Source: Amphiscolops sp. MND2022
Taxonomy: Eukaryota
DNA: 64,000 nt
Direction: 5' to 3'
Assembly: GCA_964187785.1 (NCBI GenBank)
Contig: OZ076409.1
Coordinates: 17,920,001 to 17,984,000, forward strand
Shown here: one piece after another, positions 26,808 to 39,900 of the stretch
Layout of the letters: each line of letters opens with the position of its first letter
Position numbering within the stretch: the stretch's first letter is position 1
Notes under the pieces: model-generated
What the model was told of the DNA's origin: nothing
Databases searched by the model: none
Seen by the model: the letters and a program-made list of their open reading frames with translations, nothing else
Made by a program: the position numbers and the translations under genes

Positions 26808-28054
26808 CCCTGGTTGAAACTGCTTGAACTTTTTACAAGTTTTTGTAGGTTACCAAGTTAATTTTTCATGATTTTACTAAATTCTCAAGGAAACTTCCAT
26901 GAATTAAATCTTCACTGACTCAAATCTTCAAATTGTATCAAGCTGCCTATGAGATCTTTACGAAAGTTAGCGGCAATTCCGAGCCGCGAAGATGTGCAAG
27001 TTTCATTAAGACGCCGTTCTAAGTTTGAAAGCAGCTGGGACTTTCGTCAATTTTACTGCAATTTCAATCCAAGTAAACTTCAGTCGCTTTAAAAGTTGTA
27101 AGGTAGCGTCATATTTAGCGTGCTTTTTTACTAACGGTGATTACATAAGATACTTACTTTGAGAAACTTACGCGTAAAAACAAAGTGATCGCGGCAGTGA
27201 AGAAGTGGAAAAGTTTTCAGTTTGAATTAAAATAGTGAAAACTTTCATTGTAATCCTGCAAAAATTCTCATGAGTGCTTTCAGTATTTTTTATATTTATC
27301 AAAAAATTAGATGCATGGATGCAACATGGCAACCTAACCGGCAGGATCGACCAGTGTAGCCTTTCGTTTGACAATTGCTAATTTAGTCGTCCATTCAGAT
27401 TTGAGTTCAACTTTATATTAGTTCTCCTTACACATTGTTCAGTTATGCGAAAAACTACCCTTTATTTCATGTGGCGCCTTGTGATGGCATTCTGAATGAA
27501 GAGCTTACCTACTCAAGATTTTTTGGATTTTCTTACATGCTGCAAGGAAACAGCTATTTTTTTTACAAAACATGGAAAATTCCGGGAGCCTGCATGGAAG
27601 CATTTTGTAGGATTACAATGCAGGCTCCACTATTTGAATTGAAACTAAAGACAATTCCATTTCTTCACCGCCGCGGTCACTTTGTTTTCACGCGTAGGTT
27701 TCTCAAAGTAAGTACCTCATGTAATCACCGTTAGTCAAATAGTACGCTAAATATGACGCTAGTTTGAAACTTTTAATGTGGCTGAAGTTCATTTGCATTA
27801 AAATTGCGGTAAAATTGACGAAGGTCTCAGCTGCTTTCAAAATTAGTACTGTGTCTTAATGAAAACCGCAAAACTTTGCGGCGTAGAACTGCCGCCAAAT
27901 TCACGATGCATCTTATAGGCAGCGTGATAAAAATAAATCGAATCACAGAAGTTTCAAGACATGGACGTTTCCTGGAGAAGTTTTATAAAATCATGGAAAT
28001 TTAGCTTGGTAACCTACAAAAACATGTAAAATGTTCAAGCAGTTCCAACCAGTG
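26808..28054. mobile_element. Old non-autonomous DNA element with long (about 470-500 bp) diverged terminal inverted repeats
   Basis: 26808 to about 27300 is the reverse complement of about 27550-28054 (for example ctggttgaaactgcttgaac vs gttcaagcagttccaaccag, and tagcgtcatatttagcgt vs acgctaaatatgacgcta). No ORF and no clear TSD. Confidence 0.75.
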
Positions 28055-29701
28055 TTATCATTCAAATCATCGGCGGGCATCCATGACAATAAATACACTA
28101 ATTCAGCTTTTAAACACCGGTATCAACGCTGTTTGGACGTGGCGACGGACCGTATTGCGATGTTTAGCTCAACTGATTTTGTCTGATAAACCACCTACCT
28201 AATTATCTCAACTGTGTACTTGACTAACGAATATTTTGTTTACATATTGAAATCGATGTTAAAAATTGATCTCAGGAGCTTCATTAGAATATGGTAAATC
28301 AGAACCAGAAATTAAGTAACTATTTTTTCTAATTCACATGAACATATGAATTGTTTGGATCAAAAAAATGAAATCAATGTGTGTTTGCTGTATAAATAAA
28401 CTTCTTATAGATAAAATTTATTCATTTGTTTCCGAAAGACAATAAAGAACATTGATGAGATACGGCTGACAAATCTCATATAGCCCTTGACAAAAACAAT
28501 GTCTCTTAGCCCCAACAATCGCAAGTATTTCAATCTTCTCAACTGCTTTCGTCCCATTAAAAAATCAGAGTCCAGGGGAAGTTTTCGACTTTTTGACTCC
28601 ATGTTCAGAGTGATATTTGAACAATAATGCCGTATCTCAGGTGTTGGAGAATGAGTGAGTCTGTAAGTTTACTCGAATTTGCTAAGAAATTGTATTTCAT
28701 CTAAATTGCCGTTTTTGGACATCGGGAGCTTGTAGGAAGTCTCAGGTTACTAGAAACTTTCAAACTCTCAACACTGTAAATATTCGAACCAATTGTCATT
28801 CTTTTTAAGTGTTTCACAGTAAGGAACCTCTCATAGTTATCACAAAACTTTTTCAATAGACTAATGTTAGAAACTACACGGTGGTACTATAGATCTAAAG
28901 ACGCCAGTATCATAAGCGAAAACTTTGAAAGCGCATTTTTGTTTGGGACTCACAATCGACAAAATAGTCCCAGGAGCAATAATTTGAGATTTGGATTTGT
29001 ATTACTCACGACATAAGAAAAGTTTTTAAAAATGAGAACAGTTTTAAAATTGAACGAAAATAAAAGTTTAATCCCATGGTAATTTGAGGAAATTTTTTCA
29101 TTTCTTGTACGCATTATCTCAGAACAACTAGTCAAAAAAATCTCTCTTGATTTTTTTTGTAGTTTCCGCACTGTTCTTTACCTTTGATTCAAAGGTACAT
29201 AATTTTCCCTGAGAAAAAAATCAGTAATTGAACTGCATCACCGTTTTGCGGTTGAAATTTTAGGACAAGGCGTTTTAAAAAAATGTGAATTTCAAAAATT
29301 AGACATTCGAAGCAAAAGTACAAGGCTTGTATCTGGCACGTTTTGCTACGAATAGCGGTTTAAATCTATCGCATTATAACTTTCAGAAATTGTCAAAATT
29401 CAAAAGTAGCACAGTTTTGGCTCCACATTTAATATGTAAAATAATCTAGCGAAATGAAGTGTTTTTTGATACACTAGTCTTCATTTCTTCACTCACTCTT
29501 CTGAATGCGTAATTAACGAGAACTGCACGTCAGCACCGATCCGGTGGTCGCACGAGACCAACTAACTAGAATTATGGAATACGAATATAGCATTAGGGTT
29601 ATAAGAGACTACTTATGAACTGCAAAATCGAAATCACTGACCACGGTTCAATAGTTCAGCGGAGTTTGTTTCATTCAAAAAAGGAACTCCGACAAACCTA
29701 C

Positions 29702-30001
29702 CTGTGTAACAGTCGAAAGTTTTTTCGTTTTTACATTCGCTTGGATCACCAGCGCTTCCAAAAATGGACACGATTTTGCAATCGAATGTGGTTGCGGATG
29801 CAATACTGGAAAACTCTGAAGAGGTGATAGCGGTGGACAGAGTGGCGCTGCTTAGTACACCAGAAGCTACAGTAGTGTACGTCGTCGCGCTCTGAGTTTT
29901 GATCATGACGTCATATTTGGTTGGAGCTGGAGTTGGGTTTGTCCAGGTGATAGTGATGCTGCTATCAGTGGACGTAAACAACTGAGTGGCCAATGCAGGT
30001 T
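29702..30001 (-). CDS. FN3-like domain exon
   Basis: tttcAG|AA CCT acceptor and G|GTAGGT donor. 300 nt, phase 1-1. TDSSITITWTNP...KYDV. Confidence 0.87.
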
Positions 30002-30246
30002 CTGAAACGATGTAGACATTTTTATTGAAACCCGATTCGCAAATTTCAATTGGAAAGTTGTAGAACCGTAAAGCATTGAACATTATTAGAGAAATGAACG
30101 TTTCTTTTTGAATTTCGGGAGACTCTAAATCCACACAAAAAGATAAGATAAAGTTAACTTCCACAGAAAATGACTGTGAAAAATTATCAAGTATCAAGTC
30201 CAGATCCGAGTGATCTCTTCATGTTGGAAGTCTAAAACATACTCAC

Positions 30247-30540
30247 TGGTGCAGAAAGTAGCAGTAACTTCATCAGTGCAAGAAATTCCGGTAACAATAG
30301 ACTTTATCGTGACAGTGTAGTCAGTTCCCGCTGTCAGTTCAGTTGCGCCATCTGTAGTGGTGAAAGTGTACTCCAGAGCACTACCGCTGTCGACTTCAGG
30401 TGTGAAAGTATGAGAGCCAAGAGTCACTTCGTACTTGTCGGGGTTAGGAGTCGTCGTAGGGTTGGCCCACGTGACTTTGAAGGATGACGTAGTTTTCACA
30501 AAATTAGCATCCTCAATCAGGTTTTCCGCTTGCTGGGGTT
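30247..30540 (-). CDS. FN3-like domain exon
   Basis: tctcgtAG|AA CCC acceptor and A|GTGAGT donor. 294 nt, phase 1-1. TTSSFKVTWANP...KYEV...LTAGTDYTVTIKS. Confidence 0.92.
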
Positions 30541-30689
30541 CTACGAGAAACATGATACTGTGTAATGCAAGCATGATTGTTTTTGATTTGCAACATTGAA
30601 CGAGGATTAGATCAAGACACAGCTGTTATACACAGCAGACATATTGGATTTAACGACCACGAGTATTCTTTTTTAGTGTCCTTAAAAGG

Positions 30690-30776
30690 AAGATTACTGG
30701 AGTTGTCCCAAGTCACCTTGACAGAAGTTTTATCTTGAGACTCAGAATCAAGTTCCAGATTTGTTGCAGCCAGGGT
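30690..30776 (-). pseudogene. Truncated, degenerate FN3 exon remnant
   Basis: LAATNLELDSESQDKTSVKVTWDN follows a pyrimidine tract plus AG. Similarity is lost after the Trp strand and the acceptor phase is shifted. Confidence 0.55.
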
Positions 30777-31053
30777 CTCAAAAAAGGGAAGGCAAAAGTT
30801 CAAAGATGCATATATCGAGACCTGGAAATACAGAAAGAACCTGGCAAGCACAGTTAAAACTGTGTTTAGGTCTTGAGCCATGTAGTTTCGCTCTAACGCA
30901 AAAATTGACATGTCTCAAATCAATTTGTTTGACTGCAAAAACTTAAGTTGAAGATGAAAAAATTATAATTCACAAAACACGTTCCAGTCTTAAAAAAACA
31001 AACATTCAGTAACTTGAAAGTGAATTACGAACTCCTGTAGTTCTCAAACTCAC

Positions 31054-31335
31054 TTGTGCAGAAAACACCAGAAATTTCATTTGTGCAATCGATACCAGTT
31101 ACCACTGATTGGACTTTCACGGTGTACTCTGTACCAGGGGTCAAAGGTGAAGAAGTTCCGAAGGAGGCTTCTAGAGTGTCTCCATTGGCAATGGGAGAAC
31201 CTTCCGGTGCGTCGTTGAGAAGCAATTGGTATTCAGTAGGGTTTGGAGTACTTGACGGGTTAGCCCACGTAACTTTGAAAGATGTGGCTGTTCTTGATGT
31301 CGTCACTTCTTGCAGAGCAGTTGCTTCTTGCGGTT
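31054..31335 (-). CDS. FN3-like domain exon
   Basis: gacAG|AA CCG acceptor and A|GTGAGT donor. 282 nt, phase 1-1. TATSFKVTWANP...EYQL...LTPGTEYTVKVQS. Confidence 0.92.
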
Positions 31336-32195
31336 CTGTCGCAAGATGGTACTCTCATTTTAAAATGCTTTGCAGCTAATATGTTAACAATGATAACAGC
31401 CAGTATAATGACGGTATTACTGACTGTAATAATCAGTTATAATCCTGTTCGCTTACCAAATGCACCATGTTCTTGTCACATTCTTACGTTTTTTAAATAA
31501 AACAGTTTTCATTAATGCTATCATAATTTTCCATAATTACGCCTGGACACATGTTAGTTTTGAAAACTTTTAACATTCGAGACAACAATTGCATTTACAA
31601 TAAAAAACGATTTTATTGAAGTCTTCACAGAATGATTGCACCACCTTGTGACTCCTCGTTCCAACAAATCATTCACAAGCAGGGACTATTCAGGGTAAAG
31701 AAAGTTCAGGGTAAACATAATTATCATATGTTAATGTCAGAAAAATACAAAATTTTCCGGGAAAAAATTGTTCGAAAGAAGTGCTCAGTGCCAACAATAC
31801 CCAAAGTTGTAATCCTTTAGGCTCGAAAAACTATAGGTTTACAAACTCGAAGCAGTCTAACGAAAACAAGAGCAGCGAACCTGATTTGCAACTATCAAGG
31901 ATATACAATTAGGCAATTGGAAAACCGTCAACGTTCAAACGAATTTTCTCTTTTGCTATATTCCATGATGAGAAAAATGAGTCCCTAAAGATGCTAAATA
32001 AAGTCCCTAAAGTCCCTAAAGTCCCTAAATGAAGCCCCTAAAGGGCGTCTTCTTTTCCAAAACTTTCGCAGAATTTGATTCTATACTCAAAAAAGTTAAC
32101 TTAACATGATTGAAAAACTTCGGCCCGTGTTGACAAACCTTGTATTAAATCCAGATCTAGTGATCTTTTGACGTTTGAAGACTGAAAAAACTTAC

Positions 32196-32489
32196 TAGTG
32201 CAGAAAGTACCGGTTATTTCATTGGTACAAGAAACTCCGGTAACAATAGATTTTATCGTGACAGTGTAGTCAGTTCCCGCTATCAGTTCAGTTGCGCCAT
32301 CTGTAGTGGTGAAAGTGTACTCCAGAGCATCACCGCTGTCGACTTCAGTTGTGAAAGTATGAGAGGCAAGAGTCACTTCGTACTTGTCGGGGTTAGGAGT
32401 CGTCGTAGGGTTGGCCCACGTGACTTTGAAGGATGACGTAGTTTTCACAAAATTAGCATCCTCAATCAGGTTTTCCGCTTGCTGGGGTT
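32196..32489 (-). CDS. FN3-like domain exon (near-identical paralogue of 30247-30540)
   Basis: tctcgtAG|AA CCC acceptor and A|GTAAGT donor. 294 nt, phase 1-1. Confidence 0.92.
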
Positions 32490-32739
32490 CTACGAGAAAC
32501 AATATAATGTGGCATGATAACATGATTGTTTTTACATTGAACGAAGATTCGATCTAAACGCCGATGATTTACCCAGTATACTTGATGAACATAACGACTC
32601 AGAAACAAGAATGCATAGATGAGGAACGGTCGTATGTGCTGAAATTCAATCGATCGCTACCTATTACGTAATATAGCAATTCTCAAAGCTTTTTTTACAT
32701 TAATTGAAAAATTGGTCATCGTTTTTTCTTACAACATTC

Positions 32740-35700
32740 AAAAATGGTTCAGAATGAACTTACAGGTTCTGATCACCAATTTTAGTACCAACACTTGCTC
32801 AAAAACATAAACAACTAAAATTATTAAGCTCAAAATCATGACGAGCAAGTTCTAAACCTTCAAAAGGAAGTTACTGACCATGAAGGAAGGATGTCATTAC
32901 AAGAACATTGTTCGATGGAATAACTTTCATAATCTCCCTGTTAGAGTGTTCAACCTTGACCTATGAAGTAGACAGACTTATAATGTACTATTTCAACTAT
33001 CATACACCATCAGGTATTCTTAAAGCTTGTCATCCACTCAAAACTAGTAGAAACGCTCCAAATAATTCAGGGTTTGTGTATTTCAACGACAAAAACGATA
33101 TCGTTGAAGAATGCAAAAAATTAGCAGGACGGCAAACCGTGGCAGAGCACTGTTTTTCACCGAGAGAACACCAGCTCATGATATGGAAATCAAGAAAACC
33201 AGCAATGAAAAAGGCCTGGTTACAACAACCAAAATTTGTCACGTCAAAGTGTTCATAAAAGTTGTCATTGGTGGTATACGTTCCAAAAATGTTGAAATCT
33301 TGTAGCAATCTTGTAGCGAACGCCTTGCAAAAAAAGCACAAAAATTGCGGAGTAGGGAGCCAGATTTAGAACCTTGAAAGCAAAATCAGGAAACCTTCAC
33401 TCGTAATCAATGCTGAAAAACTTACTCCGATACAAAACAGCGTCAATGCCAATAAATCCCCTATCAATACAACGACGAACTGCAACTGAAGCTGGCACTG
33501 CAAAAACATTTGGACAGTCTAAAGCACATCGAAACAATACTTGACGAAAACATACAAAACGATCTAAGAGCTAAACATTCAACCATTCAAGTACCACAAA
33601 GATAATTTCAGTTTTTCAAAGCTCAAACTTAAAACTGATGTCATAGCGCTCACTCGATCGCGGACATCCGTTTATAATGATATGATGATCCCAGTCAATA
33701 CAGTCTGAATGGCTACCAGCCTATCGGGTGGAGACATCGGTCGAGTTGCCAAAGCAGAGACAAAATTCGCCCTAACTACTAGCCAAGACTTGGGCAAACT
33801 TGGAGACCAATTTGGATTGCCATATTGAAGATGTCATTTTCAACGAAGGGGATAGAAGCTTATTACGTGTTTATACAGACCAAAAACATTACGACTAAAC
33901 AAAATTCCCCCAAATTGCTGTTTTACGTGAACTCGACAAATCGCGAAAATGTTGATCTCAATATAGACTTATAGAAAATCACTGCAAGCGCAAAAACTAT
34001 GGAAAGCTCATGTCTACTACTTTTTCGAAAATCGCGATTTTGGGCCAACAATGTAACACCTGTTTCGAAAAAGTGTATTATATGACAACTCGAAAAGAGA
34101 ACAAAGCAGAAACAAATCAAACAACACTAAGCGATGATTACACAGTTCTTGCAAAGATGCCCGCAAAAACAGCATCATCGGGTCAAGAAGTTCCTGTTTT
34201 CATCAGGAAATTATATAACCTGAAGGGTCAAAAGGCTTTCATATATACTTCATGTTCCTCCTTTATCAAAAGTTGAAATTGATAACAGTAGTTATGAACT
34301 CTTCGTTCAGATGATTAAATGTAATAAACAATGTAATGTGTTGACCAATTTGCGCCTGGAAAATAACTGGAAGAGTTGAAATAAAACCAATGGATAAATA
34401 ATGGGCTCAAAAATGCTTACCGCAACGGAACAAACTGTTCCGCCAATACATTGACAATGCAACTGATGATTATGAGAAGCGATACAAATCTTTTGGCAAT
34501 AAAGTTACCCGAAGAGACCAGAAGCAAAAAATGACAACTTTTGAAGTCCAGTGCCAATTGATACTGCCAGGACTATTTAAAAAACTCTCGGTTGAAAGAA
34601 GAACCAACAACAACCACACACGGCCCTTTTGACTGTGAACAACTCATTAAAAATTCATTTTTCGTGATCCAAATTTTAATCTATAAACACCTAGAAACGA
34701 AATCATTTTCATCGATAATCCAAGGCGAGAACACCATGGTTCTTCATCCAACGCATTGCGCCGAAGATGCTAAAATTTCGAAAAAGATGAATGATGAAAA
34801 CAGTTTTCGTGACTATGGCATAAGCGATGAAATTCTGAAATACTGTTTACATGTAATATCTAGTTTTTGCATTTAATGAAAGATTTGCCAAAAAAAAATT
34901 CGTTCTGGTTGCAGAAGCGCAAAAAAGTCCACTTCATCAAAAAGGTGAAAGATCAGATCCTTCAAATGATAGACCCATCAATTGATTCCGTGTCCGTTTA
35001 AGTTCGCCACTTTTAAGTTCGCCACATATAAGTTAGCCCGTAAATCTTAGCCATATTTAATTTAGCCACCATATATGTTCGCCACATACAAGTTCGCCAC
35101 ATTTTCGGCCAATCAAATTCGAGCATTCAAAATTACGATAACGTAGTCAGATATGTTCACATACCCCTAGTGCCCTAAATGCAGGAGCGAAGCGAAGCGG
35201 AGCGACGTGCCATATGGCCATGCCTCAATGTTGCTACTTGGCGAAGGGAGCGAAGCGACCGAGCCATACAACAAGTATGCTAATCGCCACTAAATATAAC
35301 CAAATGAAAATAATCGCTGATATGGAATTCTTTCATTAGCTGAAATGTGGCGAAAATAAACGTGGCGATCTTATATGGTGGCTAACTTAAACGTGGCTAA
35401 GTTTTACGGGCTAACTTATACGTGGCGAACTTAAATATGGCGAACTTACAACGGCACCAGTGATTCAGATCTACGGAAGAAGTGGAATGATTTGTCGTAA
35501 GCACAATATTCTCAAAATAAAACGAAAAAGTTCAAAAAACCAATCAGTTGTGAATGCATTTAATTTGGTCATTAAAAACATGGAAAAAATACGTGTTTAC
35601 TCTTGACATAATGGAAAGTTTTCAAAATCGTGGATGACAATATGCATCCGCAGATTCAAAGCCCACGAAAAAAGTGAAAAGCGAAACGAGTCTGCCCCAG

Positions 35701-36560
35701 CGATCTGTCTTGGCACTTATCCTTTTCTTTTGTACGTCAATGATATGCAAAAAGTCATCAAAAATAGTCCAGTTGTTACGATCGCCGATCACACTACTGT
35801 TAAAGGTTCTGTTAAACAAATTGTCATTTTGGGGTCTCATGATTTATGGATTGTAACTAAATACTTTAGTTTCTGTAACCTTAATATTAATGACGGTAAA
35901 TGTGAAACAAAATCGATTGGGCCGCATATGCTTGATAATAAAATTTTTTCAGAACACGCTAGTATTCAAGTTTTTTGCAAGTTCTGGATACACATCTGGA
36001 CAAGTGACTCCAAGTTAGCATATTGACTATGTTGTTAGGAAATTTTACGAAATTCAAAACAATCTGTTGTCTAATACACGCAGATGTGAGAGATTTGTGT
36101 CTGACGAAACATCCTTTATTTAATGTTTTACAATGCCTTCGTCATTTCAATAAACTCATGCGGATTATTAGCATTTGGATCAGCAACGAAAACGAAACTG
36201 AAACAAAAGTGACGGTATTCAGAAGCTAATCCGGCAAGCAATCTTCGTCTGCAAACTCCATGAATGAATAAATGCACTAGTTGAACACAGAAGACTTACT
36301 GCAGTGTTTGAGCTTTATTAGCTTGAACTTGTCGAAGAATTTTTCAAACAAACTTGAACCGAGGCACCCGTCAAATATTTTGAAAAACCAAGTACTACCA
36401 AATCAAATCATTGCATGTGATGAAGCCAAAAATGATTTTCTTGCTCGACTTACCCCCGAACGTTGCCAAATTAGAAGTAACTAGAAACGCTGCCCCGTAG
36501 AGCAGTTAAATGGTTGGAGTGGATGGATCTCATTCAAGTGAATTTGGAGACCATGAATTC
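32740..36560 (+). mobile_element. Heavily decayed CR1/L2-like LINE (boundaries approximate), interrupted by a MITE
   Basis: RT motif remnants LPQRSVL / FLLYVNDM...IADHT at about 35690-35800 (GVPQGSVLGP-LF-LY-ND-...ADDT family) and endonuclease-like fragments near 33600-33900. No long intact frame. Confidence 0.65.
34989..35458. mobile_element. 470-bp MITE with arrayed subterminal inverted repeats
   Basis: About 7 TAAGTT(C/A)GCCAC-like units on the left are mirrored by GTGGCGAACTTA-like units on the right. The 8-bp flanks ATTGATTC and AGTGATTC differ by one base. Confidence 0.85.
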
Positions 36561-36591
36561 CAACCAGGTAAGAACCACGAAGCAAATCTTT

Positions 36592-37342
36592 TGTAACGAC
36601 AAGCTCTCATCATTGTCGCCGTAACCATAAGAGTTAGAGGAACACAAGATATGGGCATTTGCCCGGGACATGCGCCCATGACCATGAGCTCATTTTGCCT
36701 CTTTCGGGTAAAAACTGTCCCGTCAGAGGAGGATTCCGCTTCTTGTGAAGTGCTCGCCGGCCTGATCCAGTCTGTAATTGCTGTCGGTAACGTGAATTAC
36801 GCTTTGTCTTCGAAACTACCGCTTAGACAGCCTTTAAAAACGTTCCAAAAGGAAATTATGTTAAATTTTTGTTATTCAGGGTGACTTGGGGACCAATATC
36901 TAAAATTACGAAATAAGATCTAAAATTGTCAAAGTAGCCATAAACTTACAACAATGTACAGTAATCTCGTCCACAACGGCGATTTGGCAACATCCACATT
37001 CAGCTCACAAGCTGGGGCACCACAGGCACAAATTTGTGAAATAGACGAAAAGACTCATTTTTACGGTTCTCGCTACTTAAGGTAGCATACTGCTGAAATC
37101 AAGGTTAGCACCTTCAAAAGAGTCTAATTTCAGAGGTTTTTGCAGTCTCTGGCGTCTGTTCGGGAGGCTGGCCTTATGTTTTTTCTCGATCTTTGCTCTT
37201 TGTTGTCGATGTACCTGCCAATTTCGTTGAAACAGCGAAAAGAGCAATCACATGCTCAGTGCCACGTCAAACTGACAAAATTTCTGAACATGTCACAATT
37301 CCAATATCGACTGATTTTGCTGTCTCAGAGGGGGCCATTACA
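36592..37342 (-). repeat. 3' LTR of the non-autonomous element
   Basis: Direct repeat of 43821-44595. PPT at 37343-37352. Confidence 0.88.
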
Positions 37343-38879
37343 TACTCCCCGGACCTTATGCATGACGTCCCTGTCATGCGGAGAAGCTGGTTTTGAAAAC
37401 ATCTCCACATCATCTTTAAAATTGACTGGGAATTCAAACTGGTGATTTTGCATCGGAGTTGTGGCACAATCATCTTTTGCTGTTTGGGGCAATATTGAGG
37501 ATTTGTTTCTTGCGATCTATCGAGCCTGCTTTATTCACTGGCTGCTGTTACTGGAGCAAGCCCTGGGGGTAGAAAACGAGCACTCAAAATGCACCTTAAA
37601 ACAAATCATAGTTTTATTCTATATATCAATCTAAGATTATCATTTAATTGGCAAAGTTTTCTGCTCTAAATTTAGATAGGATCTTAATAGCACTGATGTT
37701 TATGTGGTTTAAGATCTTTTTTGGAGCCCTGGGGCTCTCTGGCGCAGTTTCTTTCGAAAACTTCTTTTCCACGCCAGTGAAAAGTCAGTTTGCAGAACAG
37801 TTAAAACTTGTTTTCAGTAAAACTTCTTTTCAGCGGAAAACAGGTAGTTTCTGATATTTTTTGTTCAAAGTTGGACTAGGTTTGGGCAGCACGCACTGAT
37901 GTGCAGCTCCATGCCAAAACAAAAATCATCCGTTGAGGAGAGTATGAAAGGCGATTTACCAATTGACTGCATGTGAGATTTACCACTGAAACAAAAATAG
38001 ACAAGATTCTGTAATTGGAAATTTCGGGGCTAATGAGCTCCATTAAATAAATTATTCCGTAGAAAAGTCACTGAATCAAAGGAAAATTGACATTGAAACT
38101 TCAAAGAGTATAACTATAGAGATAACGAAACTAAAGAAGAAACTTTAAAAAAAAAGCATCTGGCCAAAGTTGCACTAACGAGGACATTTATGTTTCTTTT
38201 TTGTTTTTTTTGTTTTTTGTCAAGCCTCGCTGATAGCCTTGAAAATGGTATATCAAATATTTTTTACGAGAAACAAAAACAGTTTTTTTATCAAGCTGTG
38301 ATTGTATACATCAGAATCGATTGAAAGTAATGTGCGGTCAGGATTTCATTACTTTAGATTGTGGCAAATTCCGTGGGTGGTCAGCGTGGAATGTAGAGAA
38401 TTAGAGCGTTGTCACTCCATGGAACTCCCCGGACTTTAGTCAACTCCCCGGACCTTAATCGTTAAGCATTCTTCTTTCATAGCGAGGAATAGACAAACTT
38501 GAATGCCCGACACAAAAATTGCAGAGTCATAAGTTGAGCTTTGACGACACCTCCTCCCCCTTGAAAAGAAATTGAGTGTAGCTCGGGTTGTGGATAGGCA
38601 TCATTATTCGATAGCAGCAGGACATACAAAAAGCATGAAATATCAAGACATCCACTAAAGAAGAAAACTGAGGTTGGGTCTGTCTCAAGACTGTGATAAT
38701 TGTTCGGAGGACGGCCACGCCTATGTCCCTTCGGTCGATGCGACCATGGTAGTAAGAGGACTGAGCGCGGTGGGCGGCCACGGCGACGTCCATCATAAAG
38801 GGATAACAAAACTTTTTGCCATGAATGTTCACTATCTGTGCGCGGTGGTCGACCACGTCAATGTCCAGTCGGTCGAGGT

Positions 38880-39900
38880 TTGGTTGAACCACTATGCAAC
38901 CATTTGATAAAGATTGGCTGGTCCACCTGAATAAAATCCTGTAGACCATGTTCAGTAGAAGTTGGCTCAATGGAATATTTCAGCACACTCGGCAGCAACT
39001 GCGAAGTGAATAATAGGGACTTTGTTCCAGGGAAGTGAGACTTGCTTACAGAATCCTGCGATAAGGAAATGGAGGGTTAGATTGATATTCGTTCAATTTT
39101 CGTATCGTCTGAGTAGAGGTTGCGCTCGCGCAACCTATTGTCACCTGCGTGATATTCAGGCAAAGTGTCAGCAAAAACCATGGTTGTGGTGTCCAAAGAT
39201 ACCATGTATTTTATTGGCGGTGTCATTGGTTCTGCTTCAGCGTCGTTTGGAATATTGATAGTGGCACTTCTGAGGTGTATTTGCACATCTGCGTTTATCG
39301 ATTGAATTTGTGCTAGCATTCGTGCTAACAACGTCTCCCTGCGTATCTCACTTTGTGCCAACAAGGTTTATATTTCATCCATGTGTTGTTCCAGGGCCTC
39401 TAATTGTTGGTCCTGTTTCTGATAAATCTGAATACTGGTTTCATGGAGAGAGAATCCTTTCGACGACGATACTGAACTAGGACTGGCAGCCCTTTTGCTC
39501 TTCTGCTGCTCGGTGGACTGGACTGAGAGTTACATGGCATTGAGTCTAGAAGATCGGAGACAAGTTTGAAACTATCTCCAAAGGCCAATCTTCCAACTTC
39601 AAATCCTCTAACTTCGTCGATCGGTCAGGTTCATCTATCATTTGGGATTCATTTTGAGGTTGAACATCATGAACATCAATTGGTTGTGCTGCACTGACAC
39701 GCTCTTTTCCTTTAAAAAAGGAACGGAGGCGGTGGAAGAGTTTTCGAGATTCCGAACTGCTTCACTAGAGCCACCTGTGTTTCCAAATTCAGTGTCCGGG
39801 TCAAAGTCAAGATAAGTTCTAGCAATCACAGCGTGCTGAAAATTGTTCAACGCCTTGCAAGCTGCTCAATGGGCCAAAAGATGTTGTTCTCGAGCAAATT
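38880..39900 (-). pseudogene. Degenerate gag-like remnant
   Basis: Broken minus-strand frames with a coiled-coil-like stretch (LLAQSEIRRETLLARMLAQIQ) followed by LPEYHAGD, reminiscent of the start of a retrotransposon capsid. Position inside the LTR element is consistent. Confidence 0.4.

Noticed and set aside
31980..32043. CCCTAAA-containing repeats resembling telomeric sequence
   Set aside because: Only a few copies of a 9-bp GTCCCTAAA unit in an intron, consistent with local slippage.
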